Shown here: one piece after another, positions 46,689 through 55,788 of the stretch
Layout of the letters: the number at the start of each line of letters is the position of its first letter
Numbering within the stretch: position 1 is the first letter of the stretch
Virus record (IMG/VR): IMGVR_UViG_3300029305_003320
Span: 1-64,000 of that record
Length of the DNA: 64,000 nt
Strand: one strand, 5' to 3'
Source of the DNA: a virus
Lineage: Duplodnaviria; Caudoviricetes
Position numbers and translations under genes: made by a program
The notes under the pieces: generated by a model
What the model was told of the DNA's origin: nothing
Seen by the model: the letters and a program-made list of their open reading frames with translations, nothing else
The model's database searches: none

Positions 46689-47262
46689 TGTTAGTCCTTC
46701 TTAACTCGTTAGTTATGGCAGACTCTGTAATGCAGAAATCTCTGTGTAGAGCAGTTCCTGTGCGAACTAGCCCAGAGTAAGTAACTGCATCAAGCAGCCT
46801 CTGTAGACAGTGGCACGGTACTGGAATCAGAGCATCTGGGTTCTCTGGCCAAGGTCTCCCTGGACTCACGAACTTCTCAGTGTCGAACTCCAACATCCTG
46901 TACAAAGCAGCTAGACCTATAGCTTCAAGGACATATATCCCTTCAGCTTTTTGTATAGCATGCTTTGATGTTCTATAACCTTCCATGCTCAGGTGCCTCC
47001 TGTCTTCAGGATGCGCTTTTAAATGTTCTTCACTCTCGCACATGCGGTGTAGTGCACTGACGTATCTATCCGACATTACACCGGTTTCTTCTTCGGTCTG
47101 AGGAACACGGTGAAATTCATCGTCCCAGAACATCGTCTGAGCAACATGTTTGGTCATGTTGTCGAGAAGAATCTGTTTCATCTGCTCTTTGAAGACCTTA
47201 TCCTTAATGATCTCAGTACGAAGTTTCGGAATAGTAACTTCGGATGCTAGTGGTAAGCTCAT
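46675..47262 (-). CDS. Hypothetical early protein
   Basis: Start refined to MSLPLAS (AAAGGA RBS); TATATTAC at 47299. Confidence 0.7.
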   Translation of the reverse strand: MSLPLASEVTIPKLRTEIIKDKVFKEQMKQILLDNMTKHVAQTMFWDDEFHRVPQTEEETGVMSDRYVSALHRMCESEEHLKAHPEDRRHLSMEGYRTSKHAIQKAEGIYVLEAIGLAALYRMLEFDTEKFVSPGRPWPENPDALIPVPCHCLQRLLDAVTYSGLVRTGTALHRDFCITESAITNELRRTNNVKR

Positions 47263-47298
47263 AGTTGTTCCTTTCATTGTAGGTTGTCTGACATTATA

Positions 47299-47306
47299 GT
47301 AATATA
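47299..47306 (-). promoter_or_regulatory. Early promoter motif TATATTAC
   Basis: gtaatata on + strand. Confidence 0.6.
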
Positions 47307-47307
47307 T

Positions 47308-47646
47308 TTACAAACTGATCAAGAGAGTCCTAGGACTCTCTTGATCAGTAAAGTATTCTGCAACTGCACTATTCATGTTCATTGGTTTGTCACATTCGTC
47401 TCCGTCAATGTTGGCAAAATAAGGCATCTTCTTTGTTAACTTGATAGGAGGATCTATAGGGAACTTTTGAAACCCAACATCATAGCAGCTGAACCCTTTA
47501 CAAAACGGGCACTGTATAGAGAATGGAACCGGCTTGCGATTAGGATCTTTACCTTCAAGACCTGTCTCAAGATACATCTTGAATCCCTTACCGCAGTCGT
47601 GGCATCCGTAGATCATGTATCCATCGGAGTGATGTTTATGTGACAT
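47308..47646 (-). CDS. Zinc-ribbon protein
   Basis: CHDC and CPFC motifs plus further Cys. Confidence 0.65.
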   Translation of the reverse strand: MSHKHHSDGYMIYGCHDCGKGFKMYLETGLEGKDPNRKPVPFSIQCPFCKGFSCYDVGFQKFPIDPPIKLTKKMPYFANIDGDECDKPMNMNSAVAEYFTDQESPRTLLISL

Positions 47647-47666
47647 AAGTACTCCTGTACTGATGG

Positions 47667-47909
47667 TTATTTATTACGGTTCTTCTTGCGTGCAATCTTG
47701 GCCAATTTAGCCTTGCGTTTAGCCTTTTCCTTCTGTTTCTTAGTTCTTGTATCAAGAGTCTTAAAGAACCTAGGATCTAATGTTGTCATAGGACTAAGTA
47801 TCCTTGGAGGTAAAGTTGTATTACTAGATTTTGGCCATCCTGTAGGATCGATGGTTTCCTCTATTTCAACATCCTGGTGCTTAAGACCAGGTTCATCTGT
47901 CACATGCAT
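47667..47909 (-). CDS. Small protein with very basic C-terminal tail
   Basis: Ends KKQKEKAKRKAKLAKIARKKNRNK; AAGGAG RBS. Confidence 0.65.
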   Translation of the reverse strand: MHVTDEPGLKHQDVEIEETIDPTGWPKSSNTTLPPRILSPMTTLDPRFFKTLDTRTKKQKEKAKRKAKLAKIARKKNRNK

Positions 47910-48013
47910 GACTGTCTCCTTGTTAGATTAGACTAATCAATAGCGATAAAAAATAGAAAAAGAATAGTTGGATGGTTATCCGAGTTATTTACTAAAAAGT
48001 AAATAACTCAGAA

Positions 48014-48053
48014 GCACCTAGACCAGTGGCGCACGCGCCACTGGTCTAGGTGC
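48014..48053. terminator. Long perfect hairpin, preceded by a second AT-rich hairpin (47982-48009)
   Basis: gcacctagaccagtggcg-cacg-cgccactggtctaggtgc. Confidence 0.75.
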
Positions 48054-48063
48054 AGACGGCAAT

Positions 48064-48495
48064 CTATATCTCGAATCCGCTAGGCACAGACTCGTAAATT
48101 TTCTGTACCCTTTCTGCCTCGGCCCTCGCCTTGGCGGCAATTTCTGCATCAATAGCTTCACCTTTCCTTCTCAAGTCAGCGATCTTATCCTCGATATCAG
48201 ATCTGATCGTTGCCCAGTTTCGGATCAGCGCAGCCTGGAATTCCAGACTTGTGTCGCGGATCTGGTACGTGTCAGCCAGAACTCCACCTTCGAGAGTGGT
48301 CCCATCTGTGTAGTTTGGTCCATATCCCTCATGCCCATGGTTTATGAACCTTATGAACATAGAGGTGGTAGGATTGTCAGAAGGAACATTCACCTTAAAG
48401 ATAGTGTTGTTCATAGCTGCACGAGTATCGATCTGTAGGTTATTGAGCCATTGAGCGATTTGCACAATTGCCGATTCGAATTCTTCTTTTGTCAT
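48064..48495 (-). CDS. Hypothetical early protein
   Basis: 143 aa, AAAGGAG RBS, A-rich leader, promoter variant TATATTAT at 48539-48546. Confidence 0.75.
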   Translation of the reverse strand: MTKEEFESAIVQIAQWLNNLQIDTRAAMNNTIFKVNVPSDNPTTSMFIRFINHGHEGYGPNYTDGTTLEGGVLADTYQIRDTSLEFQAALIRNWATIRSDIEDKIADLRRKGEAIDAEIAAKARAEAERVQKIYESVPSGFEI

Positions 48496-48581
48496 GGTTT
48501 AACTCCTTTCTTGTTGTTTGTTTAGCCAGACTAGATGGATAATATATAATTAAAAAGATTTGATCTACAAAATAAACAATA

Positions 48582-48614
48582 CATCCACTCCTGGGTTATG
48601 CCCAGGAGTGGATG
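48582..48614. terminator. Hairpin
   Basis: catccactcctggg-ttatg-cccaggagtggatg. Confidence 0.75.
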
Positions 48615-48622
48615 CTTATAGA

Positions 48623-50224
48623 TTATGCTGGCTGAGATCCGACCTCACACTGCTTGAGTATCGCAAACACTTCATTGACCGACATGCCTAGAGCTTTAGC
48701 ACCACCCTCTATGTAAGGAACACACAGTGGGTTATTGGTGTTCAGTTCATTAGCCGTGTTGTAGAAGTGCTGAACGGATTTAACTTCTCCGTTACCGAAG
48801 TCAATGTCAGGAAGAGATGCAATGAACGCCTCAAATGCTGCGAGTTTGCCCATCTTACCGAGAGCATACTCTAGTGCCAGTTTAGACACTCGAATAGCAG
48901 GATACGGTACGTACGGATACACCAACGTTATTGTGCCGGCTTCCTCGTCTTTGACGCGCTCAGGAACTCCACCTTCGTAGAGATACCCAGACGGAGGTTT
49001 AGGACCTTCGTCGATGATCTTCCACACCTTGTAGACATGTGTCTTGGTAAGGTTCTCCTCATCGACTTCCCAGTGATCTTCAGCCTCCTCGTCTTCAGCG
49101 AGATCAGGAGCTCCTTCGTCGACTATAGTCCACACTCTGTACATGTGGGTTTCAGTCTTAGACTCTAGGTCAAGATCCCATCCGAGATCTTCGAGTTCCT
49201 GGTTCTCACCAACCTCAGGAGGATTGTCGATCTTGGTTATGACAGTATAAACGTGAGTACGAGTTGTTCCATCGTCATCCCAATGATCTTCATGGATGTA
49301 CTGGTTCTCTTCTAGCTCAGGAGGATTGTCCACTATGAATCTTACGTCATACACGTGAGTCTTTGTGGTACCATCATCTTCCCAGTGGTCTTCGACGATC
49401 TGCTGACCTTCTTCAAGCACGGGGGGATTATCTACAATGAACCTGACCTCGTAATGATACGTTACTGTAGTTCCGTCGTCCTCTTCAATCTTGTCAACGA
49501 TTTCCTGACCTTCTGCTAGTTCTGGCGGGTTGTCGACAACATAGCGAATGCGGTCGTAAACCTTGGTCTTGTAAGTGCCGTCGTCTTCCCAGTGGAAGTC
49601 GAGGACTTGCTGACCCTCCTCAAGAACCGGTGGATGATCGACGATGATGCGTACCTCATAGCGATGAACGTACTTATCGTCGACCACTTCCCAACGATCA
49701 GACACGATCTCCATGTCCTCAGCGAGTTCCGGAGGATTATCGACACGCTCAAGTACGTGATAGACGTGAGTCTTGGTCATGTTCTCGTTGTCGTAGACCC
49801 ACTCGTCTCCGTTATAGTGATGAGTCGTCTCATCAACTTCTGGCATACCTTCATCAACTACAGTCCAAACAGGATAGATGTGAACGTACTTATCACCCTG
49901 CTCTTCCCAGTGGTCATTTTCTACAACCTGATTATCTTCCAGTTCAGGAGGATTGTCTACATTCTGAAGTTTGCGAATATGACGATAAACATATTTAGTT
50001 CCATCCTCAAGGTCGGCATACTTATAACCATCATCGAGGATAGTGTAGCCTTCTTCTTCCTGCGGTCGTTCCCACTGCTCAAGAGGCCAGTATCCCAGTT
50101 TGTGGAATACTTCAATGGGCGCGTTTTCATACTTAATACCGTTGTGCTCAGGAACGGCAGGTGCCAATTCAACATTGACACCTCCGTCAATCACACGGTA
50201 CAACTCAGTTGTTAGTGTGTTCAT
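48623..50224 (-). CDS. Acidic tandem-repeat protein, tail-fibre-assembly-like context
   Basis: About 10 copies of a ~34-aa unit IVDNPPxLEEGQxIVEDHWEDDGTTKTHVYxVxx; helical C-terminal domain. Confidence 0.6.
   Translation of the reverse strand: MNTLTTELYRVIDGGVNVELAPAVPEHNGIKYENAPIEVFHKLGYWPLEQWERPQEEEGYTILDDGYKYADLEDGTKYVYRHIRKLQNVDNPPELEDNQVVENDHWEEQGDKYVHIYPVWTVVDEGMPEVDETTHHYNGDEWVYDNENMTKTHVYHVLERVDNPPELAEDMEIVSDRWEVVDDKYVHRYEVRIIVDHPPVLEEGQQVLDFHWEDDGTYKTKVYDRIRYVVDNPPELAEGQEIVDKIEEDDGTTVTYHYEVRFIVDNPPVLEEGQQIVEDHWEDDGTTKTHVYDVRFIVDNPPELEENQYIHEDHWDDDGTTRTHVYTVITKIDNPPEVGENQELEDLGWDLDLESKTETHMYRVWTIVDEGAPDLAEDEEAEDHWEVDEENLTKTHVYKVWKIIDEGPKPPSGYLYEGGVPERVKDEEAGTITLVYPYVPYPAIRVSKLALEYALGKMGKLAAFEAFIASLPDIDFGNGEVKSVQHFYNTANELNTNNPLCVPYIEGGAKALGMSVNEVFAILKQCEVGSQPA
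48930..49990 (-). repeat. Coding tandem repeat, ~102-bp unit
   Basis: Repeated DNPP/DEGP...HW...T(H/K)VY units in the translation; boundaries approximate. Confidence 0.8.
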
Positions 50225-50235
50225 TTAAACTCTCC

Positions 50236-52569
50236 TTAAGGAAGCGTATCGTAATTTACTGTGAACTCAGCTGCCCTCGTACCGCACTTTGTCTCATAAA
50301 TAAGTGTGATTGGTATAATGGTTCCTGAGGTAGCAACAGGGGTCTCTCCGGATACAGGTGTATAATCAAAACTGATAGTGTAGTTGTAGAAGGTACCGTC
50401 TAGTATACCATCAGTATTTAGACTGGTAGCTCCTGCTACTTCACGGGTTATAGTGGTCCCACCACTTATCGGATATTTGATCTTTAGAGAAACACCCGCA
50501 TGTAGATTAGTACCTTCTAAAAGTTTTGATCCATCTGCAGTAAACTTGGTTCCATCCCATTTGACATGTGCATCGGTAATTATTGGAGACCAATCAGTTC
50601 CATCATCGAATTCAGTAATCTCGCCGATGACTAGTTTACTATACGGCTGTTTTACAGTGATCTTAGCAGGAAGCTTATATGCTTGCCACTTGTTTACGAT
50701 AATACCCTTGATTCCTGCCGGAAGTTCATCTAGACTAAACCCACATGGAAGTCCTGCACACACTTCGGGCTCGTTTGGAAGATACACTTCATAATTCCTT
50801 AGCTCACCACTTGGTGGTTCGTCTACATATAGCTCAGTTCCTGGACCTAAAGTGCCTTCTGGTAAAACTGTTACTACAGATCCAGATCTTAGAGTGACAT
50901 TAATGTCTCCGGAGGTAATGGTATCTTGGGAAATTTCCAAACTTTTAGGATCAGCTGATCCTCCGAGTAGCCTACCATTCTCAACAATCTTCACATCCAT
51001 AAATTGCAGAGAGTTGGGTGTGGAGTTGATCCCTGTTCCGAGTTGAACTGATCCAGTTGCAGTGGCTTGAGCACTATGTCCTATGGCAACTGTATTGGCA
51101 CCTGTCGCTTGTGTATGATCCATAGTACCAGATTGCCCGGATCCTATTGCAACAGATCCATTACCAGTTGCTTTAGTAGAATAGCCTATCGCAACTGATG
51201 TAGCACCAGATGCATAAGCGTTATTTCCAGTCAGATCAGTTTCTACATTAAGACTCTTTGATCCGCCACCAATAGCTATCGATTGTCCTCCGGCCGCATT
51301 TGCACAATATCCGATTGCAACACTCTGTTGAGTTGTTTTGTTAGATGCGTTCGTAGCACTGGCACGTCCTCCGATTGCAACCGATGCGTTTCTTATTATC
51401 GTGTCAGAAGAGCTAATTGAATTTATTATAGTCTGACTAATTCCAGCTGCCGCATCTTTTCCTATTTCTACAGGACAGTTCTGTTCGTAACCGTCTTTTA
51501 CAAAGGTTATTCCCTTGCTTATCTGTGTGTTAGACAAACGAACAGTGGGTCCTTCTAGTTCTTTTCTGACTAGATAGTCTAGAGGATCATCGTTAATGTA
51601 GACAGCTTTAAGACCCGGTGAATACTGTGAGTATCCAGGCATGCCCCACGCAACTATGTTGAATGTCCCTGGGCCATGAGTCTTACCATAACGCCAGTCG
51701 TACTTTCCAGGTATGTAATCAGGACTGAACAATCTGTAGGTGTTGTCATCTGCAACATCTCCTTCATTAACAGATTTTACCTTGTAAGTAGATCCTTCCT
51801 TTTCGTAGTAGTATTCCAGATATCCTAGCTCAGGGAGAATCGATCCAGGAACTATCTTAACATACACGTCTCTGTCATTGATCACATAATCATAATAGAA
51901 TCCTAAAGAATTGGCAGTTGATCTGATGTTAGTTATAGTCAAGATCTGTTTCGTGTCAGTAACATGTATGTGGAATCCTGGAAATATGTTATTTCTTAGC
52001 GACTGCAGATAAATGGCTACATTAGCTGCAGTGTTGGTGTAATCGTAAGTGACCCCGTTGGTAGAAGGCCTTCTTCCGTGACCAATTACAGTGGACCACT
52101 GGTCCGCAGCAGTTATTCCGTAACCTATAGCTGTAGCGTTACTTGTTACAACGTTCAACTGACTTCCCCATGCGTAGGAGTGCATTCCTATGGCTTTATT
52201 CGATGTTCCTATCGTCACAGAGTATCTTCCTAGTGTCGGAGAATTAGCTGCACTTGCTACATATGGAGGAACGCCTACTTCGTTGTCTATACCTAAGTTG
52301 ACATTGAACGAACTGTAAGTATAAGAAGGGTACCAAGGGCTGTTATAAAAGTTAACAGAAGTACCTGGTAAATAAGTCGACTCAAATGGATCCCACCATG
52401 CATGGAATACTTTATTTGCAATATTCACTACATTAGTAGGGTGCACCCACGGCGCAGATGATGGGGCAGACCCTTTAGTGTCGGCATAGAACTCTCCGTC
52501 ATATGTCGTAGATTTGGCCACTGCAAGTGATGTGACTAGTGCTGCAGTAGCTATTAATAATTTTTTCAT
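50236..52569 (-). CDS. YadA/Hep-Hag head-repeat adhesin or fibre-like protein with Sec-type signal peptide
   Basis: MKKLLIATAALVTSLAVA; repeats SVAIG/SIAIG/TVAIG/SVQLG; no C-terminal autotransporter barrel recognised. Confidence 0.65.
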   Translation of the reverse strand: MKKLLIATAALVTSLAVAKSTTYDGEFYADTKGSAPSSAPWVHPTNVVNIANKVFHAWWDPFESTYLPGTSVNFYNSPWYPSYTYSSFNVNLGIDNEVGVPPYVASAANSPTLGRYSVTIGTSNKAIGMHSYAWGSQLNVVTSNATAIGYGITAADQWSTVIGHGRRPSTNGVTYDYTNTAANVAIYLQSLRNNIFPGFHIHVTDTKQILTITNIRSTANSLGFYYDYVINDRDVYVKIVPGSILPELGYLEYYYEKEGSTYKVKSVNEGDVADDNTYRLFSPDYIPGKYDWRYGKTHGPGTFNIVAWGMPGYSQYSPGLKAVYINDDPLDYLVRKELEGPTVRLSNTQISKGITFVKDGYEQNCPVEIGKDAAAGISQTIINSISSSDTIIRNASVAIGGRASATNASNKTTQQSVAIGYCANAAGGQSIAIGGGSKSLNVETDLTGNNAYASGATSVAIGYSTKATGNGSVAIGSGQSGTMDHTQATGANTVAIGHSAQATATGSVQLGTGINSTPNSLQFMDVKIVENGRLLGGSADPKSLEISQDTITSGDINVTLRSGSVVTVLPEGTLGPGTELYVDEPPSGELRNYEVYLPNEPEVCAGLPCGFSLDELPAGIKGIIVNKWQAYKLPAKITVKQPYSKLVIGEITEFDDGTDWSPIITDAHVKWDGTKFTADGSKLLEGTNLHAGVSLKIKYPISGGTTITREVAGATSLNTDGILDGTFYNYTISFDYTPVSGETPVATSGTIIPITLIYETKCGTRAAEFTVNYDTLP

Positions 52570-52591
52570 CTCTTCTCCTTCATCTCCTTGG

Positions 52592-52599
52592 GTAATATA
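52592..52599 (-). promoter_or_regulatory. Early promoter motif TATATTAC
   Basis: gtaatata on + strand, 23 nt upstream of the adhesin-like start. Confidence 0.5.
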
Positions 52600-52641
52600 A
52601 AAAGATTCCTATCAAAAGATAGTGGGCTTAGTAATTATCAA

Positions 52642-52671
52642 CAGAGTGGTGGGATTTATCCCACCACTCTG
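52642..52671. terminator. Hairpin
   Basis: cagagtggtggga-ttta-tcccaccactctg. Confidence 0.75.
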
Positions 52672-52679
52672 CCTGTAAC

Positions 52680-53405
52680 TTATGGATATCCCCACTGTGT
52701 AGAATCCACACCTAAATCTTCAAGCCATTGTTTTCTTGCAGCAATCAGTGCAGTTTTATCACTACTATGCCCGGTCCAGTTGATTTTTTCTTCATTTGTT
52801 ACCCACACTCCAGCTAAGCTTTTGAAATTTTCTTTCCAATCTCCAGAAAAGATGCTACTACAAGAAGTCGGGCTTGTAATCGCCCCTGTAGTATAACTGG
52901 AAATCGTCTTGAATAGTTTCTCTGCGTAGCACGGCTGATAGATATTCAAACTTACACTCATTGCCGCTGGTACAAAGAATACAGATTTTTTAGAAGTATC
53001 TGCATTTATGTACATGTACGTTTGTGTACCAGGAAATATTGGGGTCATCATATTTGAATTTTTTAGTGACCCTGAACTTCCTTGCAAATACAGTAATCTG
53101 TTATTCTCATTTTGTAGATTGCTTGGAGAATCGGCAAGGAGTATATAAGCATCGCCCTCTGTATCAAATGCGCTAGTGTTATATGCAACATATAGCCAGC
53201 CTGGACAATTTACCTTGTATATCCATTTAGAATTTGTATCAGTTAGTTCATATGCCATTTCAAAACATGCTGTATCAGCGGGAACACCGCTTTGCTTTAC
53301 TATTCTAGCCATGTTTGCTCGATTAGTTCTGTCTGCAACTAGCTTATTGAGTTCCCTGGATCTATCCGGTTCATTGCTGTGTAAGAATTTAGATTTTACA
53401 GCCAT
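52680..53405 (-). CDS. Tail-fibre tip-like paralog 1
   Basis: IYKVNCPGWLY...GSSGS..NSNMMTPIFPG...VFFVPA shared with the two upstream genes. Confidence 0.5.
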   Translation of the reverse strand: MAVKSKFLHSNEPDRSRELNKLVADRTNRANMARIVKQSGVPADTACFEMAYELTDTNSKWIYKVNCPGWLYVAYNTSAFDTEGDAYILLADSPSNLQNENNRLLYLQGSSGSLKNSNMMTPIFPGTQTYMYINADTSKKSVFFVPAAMSVSLNIYQPCYAEKLFKTISSYTTGAITSPTSCSSIFSGDWKENFKSLAGVWVTNEEKINWTGHSSDKTALIAARKQWLEDLGVDSTQWGYP

Positions 53406-53429
53406 AAATCCTCCATGTTAAGGTCAGTT

Positions 53430-54644
53430 TTAGAAAGATTTGAAACTGTCAGTAGTTTTGTTTAAATCTAGCCACTCTGAAACTGAACCAGGGGCTGATT
53501 TTTTATAGGTCGATGATAAACTTCCTTTTGACAGGAACTCTTTATCACTGTTAACATCAATAGGTATTTTTTCTAGACTACTGAATTCATACACCTTAAA
53601 GTTTGCATCTTCTCCTGAAATAGGGGGCTGCCATTGGGAGAATACTTCACCCCATTCTGCATCAAATGCACTTTCTAATGGGTATGTATAAATGATGAGA
53701 GATGACATTTTAGAAGACTCCATTGGAACCGGTAGGTGCGTTACAAACTTATCAGATGCCCAGTTTATGGTGAAAGACATCGATGCACGTTTGCCTGCTT
53801 TCGTTACAGCAGTCTTTTTAGTTAACATGTTTAACGTGCAGTCTGATAAAGACGATCTTACTTCTGTTAAAGCATCATGACTTCCTGCACATTTTGCTGG
53901 GACAAAAATAACTTTATCCTTGACAGAGCTATTCTTGCAGTGCATTATATACATTCCTGGAGTCTCTGTTTGCAATCCGCTTTCAAGCTGATCACATAAG
54001 CCAGAATAAGAATATGGGTTCTCTGAAGCTGTAACTCCTTTAGCCTTATTCCAATAGACTGTAAACCAGGATTGTATAACTGCATCTGGATCATCAGGAT
54101 TTGAAGGTAATATTGGCGTAATTTGACAGCAACTCCCACCAGAACCACTCCCGGTTGAATAATCAACATATGTCATTCTTTTTGACTGTACTACATCCTC
54201 TCCAAATGATTTCGGGAGAATTATCTTACACATCTCAGAATCTGACGGAGGGCTCGGAATATCATCACCGCCTTTACCCTTTTTATATGTAGCATCCTTC
54301 CACATGAATTTTGCAATCTGAGTAAATGCTTCACTTTCATCAAGTTGCTTGTTAAGATATGCATCATGATACACATCAATCTTGTATGCTGCATTAGATA
54401 ACACGATACCATTCATTTTCGAATTATCTAATTCCTTGTTCGGAGCTTTAAAAATCCATCCGGGTGAGTTTACATGGTAGATCGTGTCCTCATCCATTGC
54501 CTCAGCTCTAGAGAAATCAGGAAACGCTGTTGTAAATTCAGAACTTCCCATTATCTCTTTATTTATGTTATCCATCTTTCTCGCTATATCCTCTATTGGG
54601 CTTTTATGGATAGGAGAATATAGCATCTTTTGTAGTATGCTCAT
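53430..54644 (-). CDS. Tail-fibre tip-like paralog 2
   Basis: IYHVNSPGWIF...GSGSGGSCCQITPILPS...VIFVPA. Confidence 0.5.
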   Translation of the reverse strand: MSILQKMLYSPIHKSPIEDIARKMDNINKEIMGSSEFTTAFPDFSRAEAMDEDTIYHVNSPGWIFKAPNKELDNSKMNGIVLSNAAYKIDVYHDAYLNKQLDESEAFTQIAKFMWKDATYKKGKGGDDIPSPPSDSEMCKIILPKSFGEDVVQSKRMTYVDYSTGSGSGGSCCQITPILPSNPDDPDAVIQSWFTVYWNKAKGVTASENPYSYSGLCDQLESGLQTETPGMYIMHCKNSSVKDKVIFVPAKCAGSHDALTEVRSSLSDCTLNMLTKKTAVTKAGKRASMSFTINWASDKFVTHLPVPMESSKMSSLIIYTYPLESAFDAEWGEVFSQWQPPISGEDANFKVYEFSSLEKIPIDVNSDKEFLSKGSLSSTYKKSAPGSVSEWLDLNKTTDSFKSF

Positions 54645-54652
54645 TTTGACCC

Positions 54653-55444
54653 CTACTTTCTAAATACATATCCTGCATTATGAACTGTGAATTTGTTAAA
54701 TGCCAGGCTTGATATTATTTTTCCTGATAGTTCCTGTAATCCTCTTCCAGGATCATATCCGGCTGCTGCTATGAATACAACTTTAAGAGCACTAACATCG
54801 GTGTTCTCAATACTTACAGCTATGTGTGTATATTTACCAGGACATATTGGAAACATGTTGTTGCTTCTAGAACCGCTTCCGTTTTTTGAACTAAATAAGG
54901 TAAAATACGTTCTTCCATACTTTTCATAGTAAGTTATGCCATTTGAAAACACAAATATGCCAGATACCGCAGTAAACGTTGAGCCACTTCTTATGTAATA
55001 TGTTTTAGACGAATCTGGGTAACTATCAGTAGTTTTAAGATACTTGTCTCCATCTGAGAATGGGTTGTAAGATGCCGGAGCACTCTCTTGACCAGAAGCA
55101 TATCCGCCATCAATATAAACCGTGTAGGCAAATTTTGTAGTGTTTCCCTTCCATCTCTGAGAGTATATAAATCCAGGAGATGTAACTTTATATATCTGCT
55201 TATTAGTAAGTTCAAATTGACTTACACAATTTGGTAGCATGACTTTATCCGAAGGAAACCCTGGAGATGATTCTAGATCGTTTTTATAAATTTGTATGTC
55301 TGTAAATGCTGAATATGATTTTTGGATCCGCATTAGTTTCTTTTCTCTGAGTGCAAAGTTTTGGTCATCGGCAGGATAGAGAATTTCATCGTTTCCAACA
55401 TGTTTAAAGAGACGACCTGTGTCCTCAATTATGTCTTCCGCCAT
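54653..55444 (-). CDS. Tail-fibre tip-like paralog 3 with KTYY module
   Basis: IYKVTSPGFIY...GSGSRSNNMFPICPG...VVFIAA; contains YLKTTDSYPDSSKTYY. Confidence 0.5.
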   Translation of the reverse strand: MAEDIIEDTGRLFKHVGNDEILYPADDQNFALREKKLMRIQKSYSAFTDIQIYKNDLESSPGFPSDKVMLPNCVSQFELTNKQIYKVTSPGFIYSQRWKGNTTKFAYTVYIDGGYASGQESAPASYNPFSDGDKYLKTTDSYPDSSKTYYIRSGSTFTAVSGIFVFSNGITYYEKYGRTYFTLFSSKNGSGSRSNNMFPICPGKYTHIAVSIENTDVSALKVVFIAAAGYDPGRGLQELSGKIISSLAFNKFTVHNAGYVFRK

Positions 55445-55469
55445 ACTTATTCTCCTTTATTAAAAAGTT

Positions 55470-55476
55470 CATAAAA
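55470..55476 (-). promoter_or_regulatory. Late-type promoter motif TTTTATG
   Basis: cataaaa on + strand (ATTTTATGAACTT on -). Confidence 0.5.
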
Positions 55477-55518
55477 TTTCACCCAAATGACAAAAAGAAA
55501 GAACACTAATGAATTTGA

Positions 55519-55552
55519 CTACATCTGGTTGCCTTCTGGCAACCAGATGTAG
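55519..55552. terminator. Long perfect hairpin
   Basis: ctacatctggttgcc-ttct-ggcaaccagatgtag. Confidence 0.75.
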
Positions 55553-55560
55553 AGAAAAGG

Positions 55561-55773
55561 TTATAGTCCTTTTTGTAGGTGATCATCTGCTACAGAACGT
55601 TTACGTCTATGTTTAACTTCCTTTTTCACCGGAGCCTCCTCCTGTGCTACTTGTGGAACCTCATCAAGGTTAACTGTAAACCCGTCGTTAATGTTGAACT
55701 TGGCATCACAGATGTCTAGTTTTTGCATAACACCTATGATGGTTTCAACCTTTCCTGTTATTGTAAGCTTCAT
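55561..55773 (-). CDS. Small hypothetical protein
   Basis: 70 aa, GGAGG RBS. Confidence 0.65.
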   Translation of the reverse strand: MKLTITGKVETIIGVMQKLDICDAKFNINDGFTVNLDEVPQVAQEEAPVKKEVKHRRKRSVADDHLQKGL

Positions 55774-55788
55774 ATTAGAATCTACCTC

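Noticed and set aside
48930-49990. Tandem repeats as a possible CRISPR array
   Set aside because: Repeats are degenerate at DNA level, conserved at protein level and in frame, with no unique spacers
49592-50215. 207-aa antisense ORF and similar shadow ORFs (e.g. 11571-12041, 26295-26726, 27551-28078, 43853-44272)
   Set aside because: Antisense to well-supported genes, with no RBS or motifs; explained by codon bias or repeats
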